This document shows, piece after piece, positions 12,310 to 23,270 of a stretch of DNA of 45,086 bases (positions are counted from its first letter, which is position 1; each line of letters begins with the position of its first letter). Made by a program: the position numbers and the translations under genes. The notes under the pieces were generated by a model, which was not told the origin of the DNA, searched no databases, and saw only the letters and a list, made by a program, of their open reading frames with translations. Origin of the DNA: Octopus bimaculoides (taxonomy: Eukaryota); assembly GCF_001194135.2 (NCBI RefSeq), contig NC_068989.1:23862451-23907536 (forward strand), written 5' to 3'.

Positions 12310-12425
12310 GATTAGTGTTTAAAGTATTGGCTTCATGACCCTGAAGACATGGGTTCAATTCTTGGACGGGGTTAGTAAAATTTTGTTTAAAATTTCATCT
12401 TGTTCCTGTCAACTCAGTTGAATAG
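12310..12425 (+). mobile_element. Decayed tRNA-derived SINE head
   Basis: TAGTGTTTAAAG..GGGTTCAATTC (degenerate A/B boxes). Confidence 0.4.
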
Positions 12426-12624
12426 CAGCTGCGTGCCAGAATAGTTTTCTTTCCCATTTCACTGTAAGATCTTAGATGTTCTGATAGTTGGGAGGGCCAA
12501 CATTTTCTCTTTGTCTACTCGCAGATACATAGACACCTAAAACAATTCGCATGAGCATGGCTCATGCAGCTAAGTTAAACTCACTCGCGAGTGACGACTT
12601 TGTTGTGCTAGTCATATACACGTA

Positions 12625-13670
12625 TGAATGTATGTTCTTTTCTGTTTTTAATTATTTTAATTCTTCCTTTGAAGGAGCTGGTTTCTAACAAAGATACAAA
12701 GCTCTATCGTTGGAATGTAGATAACGAAAACAATGTCACATTTTACATGTGTGTATGAATGTATAATTTTTCTTTGAGATTAATTTCAGTTCTTGAGAGA
12801 GTTCAAGTCGGTTGCTAATAAAGCCACAAGACTTTTTGAGTTACGAGAGTTCCGATGTTTGTGAATATGTGGTTGAGTTAGTCTGCTGGTTGAGTTAGTC
12901 TGCTGGTTGAGTTAGTCTGCTGGTTGAGTTAGTCTGCTGGTTGAGTTAGTCTGCTGGTTGAGTTAGTCTGCTGGTTGAGTTAGTCTGCTGGTTGAGTTAG
13001 TCTGCTGGTTGAGTTAGTCTGCTGGTTGAGTTAGTCTGCTGATTGAGCTGTCAACGCATTCACTCAAGTGTGTGAATATATCCGCGTAAGAGTTTCAGAT
13101 CGAAGATTTTTGGAATGTCTTACAAATCTTTACCGTGGCACTAATAGATTGGATTTGGAGAATACGCGTCAGTTTTTTTTGTTCTTTTTCTCTGAAATCA
13201 AATGTTTCTCGGTTTTTGTGCAAATTTGTTGGTACATAACCTAATGCACCAATGACGACGGGTACAAATCGGGTACAAATGAGAATTCATAGTCTGGGTA
13301 CAAGAGCTGTAAGTTTCATATTAGTTCGCAATAAACGTTCTCTTTTTCCTGGACTTTTGATTTTATATTCATGTCTGCTGGACAGCTGACCTCTACAACA
13401 GTCCATGACTTTTGTTCTGTCCTATAAAACAATATCAAGTCTGTTATGTTTGTACTGAACTGATGTTTTCCTAGGGTGTTCTACCAGTATTCCTTGTTTT
13501 TAAAGGTGTGATTACCTGCTGACTCTGAAGTTGCCATTGATGTATACGTCAGGGCAGTTCTTCCAACGGATAGCATTGTAAACAGTCTTTGCAACTATAC
13601 CATGCAGCAGGAGCTGATAGTATCTCGTAGACATTTTGGGGCAGCTGCTGATAATGTTAGTGATACCCTC
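12625..13670 (-). mobile_element. Second, diverged 3' fragment of the R4/Dong-like family seen at 1612-3995
   Basis: Minus strand translates to GITNIISSCPKMSTRYY..KEYW..HNRLDIV..VEVSCPADMN..NLQLLYPDYEF..VIGALG..ICKTF. Distal 3' UTR (rc of 12630-12708) aligns with 3899-3985. Confidence 0.85.
12871..13047. repeat. Perfect 17-bp tandem array GGTTGAGTTAGTCTGCT x10 plus a partial unit
   Basis: Identical units every 17 bp from 12871 to 13040. Confidence 0.95.
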
Positions 13671-13751
13671 CACACTGGTATAGTAGAGCAGAAATAGTTT
13701 ATCACAGCATGGAGGTTCGGAGTTGCCTTTGTCTCTTGTTTATGAGAAATT

Positions 13752-14322
13752 TAGTACGAACACCACCCTGAGCCAGTCGTTGAAGTTAAAAATGTCACTA
13801 TCCTCTGGGATTTTCCAGTCAACACTGACAGAACGATCCAGGCTAATCAACCAGGCATAATAATTAAAGACAGAAAGAAAATACTTGTAGACTAATAGAT
13901 GTAACTGTTCTCACTGATAAAAATATATCTGTCAAGAAATTTGACAAACTAAGTAAGTATAAGGACGTGGAAATTGGAATACAAAAGATGTGGCGTCTTA
14001 AAACGAGAACTGTTCCTGTTATTGTAGATGCTCTAGGTATGATAAAAAAAAAAAAAAGAAAGCATCTACATAAGATCCCAGGAGAACCATGTCTTAGAGT
14101 AATCCAAAAGATAGCGCTGACAAGTACTGCCCACATCCTTAGAAAAACCCTATCCATTTAAATGTCTGTATTGTATTACATGAAGATATTTCACTACCTC
14201 CCCTCCCCAAGCTTTCAATCATATTGTAACATCTTTTATCCTTCACTCGCCCCAGGACGCTGGGTGTGTCTCGTCAAGTGACTGTAACAAAGATGCAGAT
14301 TAAAAGTAAAAATAACAATAAC

Positions 14323-14375
<53 letters not shown>
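13752..14375 (+). mobile_element. 3' fragment of a second RLE (R4/Dong-like) family with (AAT)n tail
   Basis: YEHHPEPVVEVKNVTILWDFPVNTDRTIQANQP..LIDVTV..KYKDVEI..VPVIVDALG..TAHILRKTLSI* (stop 14161), then UTR and (AAT)n. Confidence 0.85.
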
Positions 14376-14376
<1 letters not shown>

Positions 14377-14515
14377 CCAGAAATCAGTATTATTAAGAAC
14401 AGATAGGATATCTAAGAAGGTTCCTTCCATCTAAGGATACTTGTAGCCCGATGTAAGTTTTTGTTTTTCAAGAGTCTAATCTGCAGTGCGAATATCAAAT
14501 AACAACAACAATAAT
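14376..14515 (+). mobile_element. Extreme 3' tip of another RLE-type element
   Basis: QKSVLLRTDRISKKVPSI* (cf. QKAVLLGTARILRKVLSI*), short UTR, AAC/AAT tail. Confidence 0.55.
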
Positions 14516-14519
14516 ATTA

Positions 14520-14697
14520 TTTTCAAATTTAGGCACAAGGCCAGAAATTTCGGGGGAGGAGCTTATCGACCCGAGTGCTCAACTGGTACTTGTTTTATCG
14601 ACCTCAAAAGGATGAATGGCAAAGTTGCCCACGGCGAAATTTGAACTAAGAAAATAGCGATAGACGAAATACCTCTAAGTATTTTGCCAGACTAGCA
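14520..14697 (-). mobile_element. tRNA-derived SINE family B, diverged copy
   Basis: Reverse complement aligns with 37770-37926 (GTTCAAATT..GGTCGATAAAA..AAGTACCAGTT). Confidence 0.75.
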
Positions 14698-14700
14698 AGC

Positions 14701-14782
14701 GAAGAAGAAGAAGAAGAAGAAGAAGAAGAAGAAGAAGAAGAAGAAGAAGAAGAAGAACAACAACAACAACAACAACAACAAC
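14701..14782. repeat. (GAA)n(CAA)n microsatellite
   Basis: Seen directly in the sequence. Confidence 0.95.
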
Positions 14783-16069
14783 ATCAAAATAACAACAAAA
14801 TTTCGAAGTGTTCAAATGTTCTGTAATAACTGGAGGTCGCCATATTGGTTGTTTGGTGTTGAAATTTCACATAGAGAAATATTTAAATTAGAAATAACCC
14901 TTTTACGATAATTTAAGTTTTGGCTTTCTGAACTGTTGAACTACAAAGAACAGATATCTGAAATGAAGCTTGTTCTTTGGCTTGGCGCTTTGCGTATTCT
15001 CTAATTAATATTTTAATAACATTTACAGCACAGTCATCTAAGAACATTTTTTTGTAATTCCTCTGCGTTATTTATTGAAATTTTAATTGACTTTTTTTTG
15101 CCAATGATCATTTGACTGGATCACCGGGATAGTTTAATTGTTTTATTTTATTGTTTTTTTTTGGGGGGGGGGGGAATATTTACAAAAATAATAATTACTG
15201 CTGTTTTGGTACAAGAAACTAAATTCCTGGTCACCGAGTTTACGATCTGTTTTTTATTCCCGGTTGATGATATTTTCACTTTATCTATAGTACAAATGCT
15301 TCTGAGGAAAGAGATACTCTTTTCAAAAGCCTTATTCCTAGCACCAAATAAGGTTATTGACCTCGTGCTGAATTTGTAGATAGCGATATCTTTAAACGAA
15401 ACGTCGCTCTCCCAAAAAACCTCTTTCTGACGTCATTTCCGATTTCGATTTTCCTGGTTTCGAATATTTTGAAACGCGTTCATTTTAGTAACGATTCAGT
15501 TCATGAAAATCAGAATGAAATTATCCTTTTATATATATATATATATATATATAAATATAACTGGAGTGTTCACCATCATATGAAGAATAACTCTGGAAGT
15601 GTTTTTCCCTCCATAGATAATATCAGAAAATATGGTATATTCTTTTATTCTTTTATTTTTTTAATCTGCTTCAGTCATGTAATTTAACTTTTATCAAATT
15701 TATTGATACTTATATAAAACGATGAAAGGAACACTAATTTCTAAAAGAAAAATATTTATTACCTTCAAGAAATTAAAACGCATTTCTTATTTGAATATTT
15801 GCAATAAATATATGTTATTATTTCTCCAAATTTTATGAGCATAATTGCAATTTACTCCATTCAAAACCTATCTTTGCAATATTTAATTTTAAAATATGTA
15901 TATTTTTCAGAAAGTTAGTATACACGCATGTTGCGTCTCTTATGTTAACTCTCAAAAATTATTATACACTTATCCTGCGCCTCTTATGATAACTCTCTCT
16001 GTTTCTCTCTTTTACTCTGTATCCCCTTTTCTTTATACGATATAAAGGAAGACAGGAGAAATCATTCAA

Positions 16070-16131
16070 CCAATGATCCAACCAACCAACCAACCAACCA
16101 GCCAACCAACCAACCAGCCAGCCAGCCAACC
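16070..16131. repeat. (CCAA)/(CCAG) microsatellite
   Basis: Seen directly in the sequence. Confidence 0.9.
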
Positions 16132-16915
16132 TGATGTTATTAAATAGAGATACCATTATCATCTAATCTAATGAATGGAAGCTACATTTACCTAAGATCT
16201 AGTGTGAAGTAAAGACCCCGAAGAGCCGATTGCGGAACTTTGGTATAAATTAACTATAGTAACGCTTCCATTCAAAATTACTCTTTAATTTACCCAGAAA
16301 TGCATAGTCACCCACAGCTATTGAGATTTTCACTTCTGAAATCAATAAATCACTGATTAGTCATTGATGGAAAATATCGTTGATTAAATACAGGTAAAAA
16401 AAAGAAGAGAATCTTTTTTAAAAACACAAAATCCCATAGTGTTAATGTTCAGTGGTAACTGCTATTATAGTTTTTTAGTCTCAGCTAAGTTCTGATTTAG
16501 CAGAATTGCTGTCAAAAGCAGTCCAGCTGTAGCCACTCTGTTTTTTCTTCTAAATCTCAAATAAAGATCTCCTGTGTGTCCAATTTTGAGCGATGGTTGT
16601 ATGTAATTTAACAGGAATTCCGCTGGAATATATAGGCTTCTTCATAATGTTCAGTGATCGAGAAACAAATATATTTGTGGATAGGGTGCTAGTTATTGGG
16701 AAGTGGCTTTGAAGAAGAAATCCGGAAATTCTCAGATATTTCCAGTAAACGTATGATTCAAATAAAAACAACAGTTCACGATTTATTAACTTGACCCTTT
16801 CTGGTCTGCAATTCTACCCCTGCATTTACAGAAAAGAAACTGACAACTGATGTTATATTCTTTTCAGCATGTACATGTAAACAGACACATATACTTATAT
16901 ATAAAGCTATTATGC

Positions 16916-16916
<1 letters not shown>

Positions 16917-16962
<46 letters not shown>

Positions 16963-16971
16963 CGTATATAT

Positions 16972-17026
<55 letters not shown>
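16917..17026. repeat. Inverted (TG)n-spacer-(CA)n microsatellite pair
   Basis: Seen directly in the sequence. Confidence 0.9.
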
Positions 17027-17027
<1 letters not shown>

Positions 17028-17059
17028 ATAAGCACATAAATGCAAAACAAGGAAGAAGA

Positions 17060-18152
17060 TTTATATGTTTGCATGGCAGAATCGATGGCATTTTTAAATT
17101 GAAGAGACCGAACCATATAGGAATCCCATGCTTCCACCTTGTCTTGCAATTGCTCTGCTGTCACTAAAAGGTCGGACAGACGTTTGATTGCCAGGCCCAC
17201 CTCATCCTCCTCTTCCTCTGGATCTGGAATTTCCTCCTCCTCTTCTCTGGCAGATTTCGTTAACTCCAACAAATCTTCGTCTGTCAGGGTTTCAGAGTGG
17301 GCATGGATGAAGTCGTTGACCTCATCTTGTGTGATGTCGTCAAAAACCTTTGCCACCAAATACCTTTGCCAGTTTCACCGCACTGTTGACAGCCTTCTGT
17401 TGAATATCTTCAGGTGAGAAGCCCTCGTAGTCCTGGACACACTCTGGCCACACCTTCTTCCAGCATGCGATGAATTTTTCTTTTATTCATGTATTTATGA
17501 GCAATGTGGATGACTGACAAGCACATTGTGATCGTGAAATGACGCCAGTACTCCTTTAACTTGAAATTCTCATCCGAATCCATTGAGTCCACAAGTTTTT
17601 AGAGAGAGTTCAGAGAGTAAAGTGTCTTGAATGTATGGATCAAACTTTGATCCATATAGGCTGGATGAGGGAGGTGGTGTTGGCAGGGAGGAACTCCACT
17701 TGAATTCCCTCTTGATTCAAATCCAAGGAGTGACCGCTAGCATTATTCATAACACCTTGAATTACATGCAAACATTTTAGAGGTATTCCTTGGCTTGAGT
17801 GATGAAGCATTGGTAGAACCAATTTAAAGATAGACTTTTGGTAATCCAGGCCTTGTGGTTGTGCATCCAGTGGACAGGCAGCAGAATTTTATTTTTATTT
17901 TTGAAAGTCCTCGTGTTCGCGGACTTGTAGATAAGTCCTGGTTTCATCATGAAGCCAACAGTAATTAGCACCACCCTGTTCTTCTGTGCCTTAAATGCTG
18001 AGGCTCTGGCTTCATCCTTCATGATGTACGTTGTAGAAGGCATCTTCTTCCAGAACAAGCCATTGTGCTTTCTCTTGGCGCGTCATAACCTTTTTCTGGG
18101 GTTTAGGTTCACTGCCAGAAGCCTTAGAAGGGGTAGGGCATTTGGGCGGCAT
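17060..18152 (-). pseudogene. Tigger/pogo DDE_1 transposase remnant
   Basis: MPPKCPTPSKASGSEPKPQKKVMTRQEK / GLFWKKMPSTTYI..KPGLIYKSAN..KAWIT..WFYQCF / NNASGH..VEFLPANTTSLIQP / acidic C-terminus; multiple frameshifts. Confidence 0.9.
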
Positions 18153-18373
18153 ATTAGGGCTTTAATAACACGCTGCGAAAAACACAGTGTTCAGCAAAAT
18201 ACTGGAGACAGCTACTAGACGCAGTTCCCCCCATCCCCACCTCAGAAAAACTTATAAAAAATCTTCATTGCGTCCAATATGCGCATACCACTAATGGGAA
18301 ATTAAGCAAAGATTCAAAATAATCATGGTTTTGAAAACTTTAGTTTGTATTACCACTAGATACAATAATCTAT

Positions 18374-18375
<2 letters not shown>

Positions 18376-18428
<53 letters not shown>

Positions 18429-18456
18429 AAACAACAACAACAACAACAATAACAAC

Positions 18457-18503
<47 letters not shown>
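18376..18503. repeat. (AAC)n(AAT)n microsatellite
   Basis: Seen directly in the sequence. Confidence 0.95.
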
Positions 18504-18507
<4 letters not shown>

Positions 18508-19002
18508 AGAGAGAGGGGCCGCCAAGTTACCTAATTTCAATGGGGCTATATTAGCTCACGACCTTAAAAATTATCATTGTGTATGATCAAATGTAGCGAA
18601 GATTTTTTTTTAAAAAAGGGTTGTTAATCGCTATACTAATTAGAAAACTTTGATTGAAAGCTAGTACAAGACATGAAAGATACAGTGTACTTGTGTCTAA
18701 AAAAAAAAAAAAAATATCAACCAACGTGATGCGTGGCAATTCTAATCAGAGGGAACTTCAGCTGCGAAAGGGCGCCCAACAAACCGGCAAATATGGTATA
18801 TTATTATTTATAGTTTAACCTTAAAAAGTGTGAAAAAGGATATATTACCACGAAAGATGGCATAAAAAGTCGCGGACAATATTTACGATTCCGCGAATAT
18901 GCGGTTCTTTCCGCGAATAACCGAGACTGCGAATGCCGAACCGCGAAGAAGCGGTGTTACACTATATATACATACATGCATACATACATGCATACATATA
19001 AA

Positions 19003-19033
<31 letters not shown>

Positions 19034-19088
19034 TAATCAATTACGGAGTACAGAGATTTGTATATCGAGGTTTTAATGCAGTCAATTA

Positions 19089-20303
19089 CGAGGGGAAGTC
19101 AAACATTATCCGTATTTTCGCCATAACATGTCTTTATAAATGTCACACTGGCTTCTGAGCATATGTGTATATAATTGATACTATTGTGGTCACGTGATCG
19201 AAGTTTGAGCCTGATTGCGCCATTTTTCTTTCTGGCTTTACAGTGTAAGCATGGCCACTCAAATAGCAACGTGCACCAAAGAAGAACAAAGAGCAGTGAT
19301 CCGATTTCTCTGGTCGGAAGGTGCGTCAGGTGCTGAAATTCATCAGAGGCTTTTAGCACAATGTGGGGAAAGAGCACCACCGTGTTTATGAGTGAATCGA
19401 GAAGTTTAAAAGTGGCCAGACAAGTGTGACACACGAAGAGGGAGCAGGACGCCCGGCAACCTCCACTAATAACGAGAAAATTCAGCAAGCTCGAGACATA
19501 GTAATGGTGAACCGGCCAGTCATCATCGTTGAGGTAGCCTTTACTCTGCAGATTAGTCATTATTCAGCCTATCAAATTATCCACGATGAATCTGGGCTTC
19601 CGCAAAGTCTGTGCAAAATGGGTGCCAAGAGAGCTTACTGCAGAGCACAAGCGCAAACGTCTTGAGATTTGCCAACGTTTACTAGATCGCTGCAACAATG
19701 AGGGCGAGGTTTTTTGAACAGAATAGTCACAGGAGATGAAATATGGGTCCATCATTATGTGGCAGAATCCAAAAGACAGAGTATGGAATGGAAACATCCT
19801 GCCTCGCCAGCGACGAAGAAATTCAAGACTCAGTCTTCTGCAGGAAAGGTGATGCTAACCCTATTTTGGGACTCAAGGGGGCCTATACTGGAAGACTACC
19901 TTGAAAAGGGGTGTACGATCAACAGTGCAAGATACAGTGCTTTGCTAACCAACAAACCGAAGCCAGCAATTCGCACCAAATGAAACCATTAACCAATTGG
20001 ATTCTGAGGTTCTGGAACACCTTACCTACAGCCCAGATCTTACCTCTTCCGATTCTCATATCTTTGGACCGCTCAAAGCTGGTTTACCAGATCGTCGATT
20101 TCCTGCGGATGAATATGTGAAGGAAACGGTGCATAAATGGTTGCACGACCAACCGAAAACTTTCTTCTTGTTGAGAGTACGCTGGACCAAGTGCATCGAA
20201 AAGGAAGGAGGCTATGTAGAAAAATGACGTTCTTGTTTATCCTCTGCTTTTGTGTAAATACATTAAAAAAATAAAAGTGCGTATAATCTTTGACTCTCCC
20301 TGG
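19089..20303 (+). mobile_element. Mariner (DD34D-type) transposon, decayed, with both TIRs
   Basis: TA on both sides (19087-88, 20304-05); ~30-bp TIRs with 23/30 identity; transposase from ATG 19251 (EEQRAVIRFL..CAKWVPRELT..IVTGDEIWVHHY..YSPDLTSSD..WTKCIEKEGGYVEK* 20227) with frameshifts and stops. Confidence 0.93.
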
Positions 20304-20306
20304 TAC

Positions 20307-20582
20307 ACATCTTTTCATTTCGTACCAACATATATTTCTGCTCTAAGTCAGTGCACAACGCAAATTTTGCATCTGGTGTGCATTTTGTTGTTAATCACCG
20401 GCGCCGATTCTTCAGGGCACAATTATCTACATTTTCAGATTTAATCTGAATCAAATACCAGGATTTGCACAATTGCCTTGAAAAATCAGCAGCAGTAATT
20501 AACAACAAAATACACACCAGATGCAAAATGCGCAATGTGCACTGACTTGCAGCAGAAACGTAGGTACGAAATGAAAAGATGT
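20307..20582. mobile_element. Foldback/MITE-like element with ~110-125-bp inverted arms
   Basis: ACATCTTTTCATTTCGTACC..AAGTCAGTGCACA..TTTTGCATCTGGTGTG..ATTTTGTTGTTAAT is mirrored at 20480-20582. Confidence 0.85.
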
Positions 20583-20913
20583 AAATAACTGCATTAAAAC
20601 CTGGATATATAGATCTTTGTTCTCCTCAATTGATTAATTTATGATTTCTACCGACAACATTCAGTCTCTATAGAGACATATCGATTTACCAATGTAAATA
20701 TCTACCGAGGATAGTAAACTAAACTAACTGGAGTTTATTTACACTCACTGAGGTTAGCCAGCTTTATTAACCGGTTAAAGCGAATAGGTCACTGATCTCG
20801 AAACAGTGCAAACAAGAAATATTCCACTTTTTCGAGATTAATGACTTTTCGTCACTGGAAAAAGCATATATATTCGCATTGAGATCCACTTTCCATCGCC
20901 AACCGGTGGTTGT

Positions 20914-20958
20914 CACACGCTGATGAAGGGTCAGTACCCTGAAACTCGCATCCGTGTG
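20914..20958 (+). ncRNA. Type I minimal hammerhead ribozyme motif
   Basis: Stem I CACACG/CGTGTG; core CTGATGA; stem II AGGG-tcagta-CCCT; GAAA; short imperfect stem III; NUH triplet ATC with predicted cleavage after 20952. Confidence 0.7.
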
Positions 20959-21330
20959 TATCACGTCAGGCTGGAGATGGGAACGATGACTTCCCTTTGC
21001 AAATACTAATAGGGCACAGATAGTATGTCAATAGCCAGCTGGAGGAGATGTCTTCTTGGTGATACAATCAACAGTAGCATCGACCCTTAAGGGTTAGCCA
21101 CATTTAGGTGGCAAATATACTTCACGATAAATATATATTTATATACATATACATATATACGGTTGATTCTCCTGTCGTAAATGACAGATGAGGTTTATGC
21201 AATTTCTTGTTGGGTTACGTGCACAGGTGTTTTGTTTATAGAGATAGAATGCTTGAATTATGCATTAGTTTACTCTTTCCATCATATCGACATTGCCTGC
21301 ACAGGTGCAGGGGGTGACACGCCAGATGTC

Positions 21331-21446
21331 TAGGTGAATTCAGAGCAATGTGAAATGAAGTGTTTTACTAATGACACAATTCAGCGCACAGCACAGGAAT
21401 CGAAACTACAATCTTCTGGTCGTGAGGATAATGCCCCAGTCACTAG
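21331..21446 (-). mobile_element. Decayed tRNA-derived SINE 5' portion
   Basis: Reverse complement reads CTAGTGACTGGGGC..GTTTCGATTCCTG..AAAACACTTCATTTCAC; head resembles that of 22704-23270. Confidence 0.55.
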
Positions 21447-22339
21447 TTACACACGCGCGCACACACGCACACATACACACACAAGCAACAATTCTTACCT
21501 CTGTATAAGTCGTTTGGGCGTTGGATTATTAGTTGAATAGTTGGAGATTCATATCCTGTCACCCATTTAACAGTATCTGTAGCCACAATATTTAATTCTC
21601 AGTGCATATATAGGTGATAGAATTGATTTTTGACTTAACCCCCTACCTAGCCCTTGATTACATTTATCAATCTGGTCTAAGGACAACTTGCCTCTTCTTC
21701 CCACCTGCTGTCACTAGTGTTATAGGCACAGCCCTTTCTCCACGCACTAAGCCATTAGAAATAGTTAGCATGGTTGAACCCAGTTTTTCTCAATTTGATA
21801 TTTAGTAGCCTATTTCTCTAAAGTTTTACCCACATGCCATATTTCATTTCGCTCCCATCTTTCGTGGAATCTATATGTAAGATTCTTAATTCATATTTGT
21901 CAGAATACTCTCTTATCTTTCTGGGTTCTGATAGGTTTTAGAAATGAGGTAAAGTTCTGATTTCATTTCTCACTTCAAGCAAAGTGGGTCATTGACTTTC
22001 GAACTTTCGAGAAGAAATGTTGTTGTTAACATTCGTAAAGGCTTCATTCACATTTGATTCAAGAATATTTTAGCAAGCTCATTGTATTCATGGCTACCAC
22101 CTCTCTGTCAGCTACTGAATCTGAACTTTAACTTTAAATCAGCCCCGACGGAGTAGACCTATGATCATGGTTTTTCCAAACACGACTACATTTTTGTTTT
22201 TAAATGTAGCGTAAATAAGACCACACTATTTAATATTTCAGTGTCGCTGCTATTCCTTGCACGTTGAAATTACCAACAAGTGGTTCCATCATTGGTTTTG
22301 AAGTTTTCTGTCATGCTATTTTATTGTAAAGAATCTATG

Positions 22340-22500
22340 CGTAGTTTTTTGTCTCTCAACCTCACTATACGCCAGAGTTCGCTTATGTCTTCCCTAATCT
22401 TTCTTCTTTATATTTATGATCTGATAGTTGTTACATCTAAATACATTCCATCCTATAGAGGTAGCACCATCCGTGAAAACACCATAATCTTACCATCACA
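22340..22500 (+). mobile_element. Decayed CR1-group RT fragment
   Basis: RQSSLMSSLIFLLYIYDLIVVTSKYIPSYRGSTI resembles PQGSVLSPTLFLLFINDL...IHSYADDSTL. Confidence 0.4.
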
Positions 22501-22703
22501 TACTTTATTCACATATATCCGAACATTTCCTCTCAAGTAAATACAACTTCTATAGATAGAACATTAAAAATGCATCTCATAACAGGATGGGGCAGTTTCG
22601 TTTTATTCAATAGCACCAACACATAGACAGTACATGTGTGAAGAAAATATTCAAGTGAAAGGTGGCCCTCATTCTCTTTAGAGTTTGGAATTTAAGCTAA
22701 AAT

Positions 22704-23270
22704 TTGTTGTTGTTGTTGTTGTTGGCACTCCGTCGCTTACGACGTCGAGGGTTCCAGTTGATCCGATCAACGGAACAGCCTGCTCGTGAAATTAACGTGC
22801 GAGTGACTGAGCACTCCACAGACACGTGTACCCTTAACGTAATTCTCGGGGATATTCAGCGTGACACAGTGTCACAAGGCTGACCCTTTGAATTACAGGC
22901 ACAACAGAAACAGGAAGTAAGAGTGAGAGGAAGTTGTGGTGGAAGAGTACAGCAGGGTTCGCCACCATCCCCTGCTGGAGNNNNNNNNNNCACGTGTACC
23001 CTTAACGTAATTCTCGGGGATATTCAGCGTGACACAGTGTCACAAGGCTGACCCTTTGAATTACAGGCACAACAGAAACAGGAAGTAAGAGTGAGAGGAA
23101 GTTGTGGTGGAAGAGTACAGCAGGGTTCGCCACCATCCCCTGCTGGAGCCTCGTGGAGCTTTTAGGTGTTTTCGCTCAATAAACACTCACAACGCCCGGT
23201 CTGAGAATTGAAACCGCGATCCTATGACCGCGAGTCCGTTGCCCTAACCACTAGGCCATTGCGCCTCCAC
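22704..23270 (-). mobile_element. tRNA-derived SINE family C, full-length with 12-bp TSD and (AAC)n tail; contains an artefactual duplication
   Basis: TSD TTAAGCTAAAAT at 22692-22703 and 23271-23282; A-box TGGCCTAGTGG; 3' hairpin CGTCG-taag-CGACG before (AAC)n. Confidence 0.92.

Larger units (their letters stand above)
17060..18964 (-). mobile_element. Tigger/pogo-like DNA transposon, internally deleted and 3'-truncated
   Basis: Transposase fragments (next feature); putative 5' terminus at 18964 followed by TA, with four C(C/T)GCGAA subterminal motifs (18891, 18911, 18927, 18941). The link between this terminus and the transposase is inferred. Confidence 0.7.

Noticed and set aside
12871-13047. 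CRISPR-like array
   Set aside because: The units are contiguous with no spacers and the context is eukaryotic; it is a minisatellite
13090-14161. Twin-priming 5' inversion of a single LINE
   Set aside because: Both fragments encode the same endonuclease region and come from clearly different families
20410-20417. CTGAAGA on the minus strand followed by a hairpin as a hammerhead
   Set aside because: It is followed by GATT rather than GAAA, and no stem I or III is present
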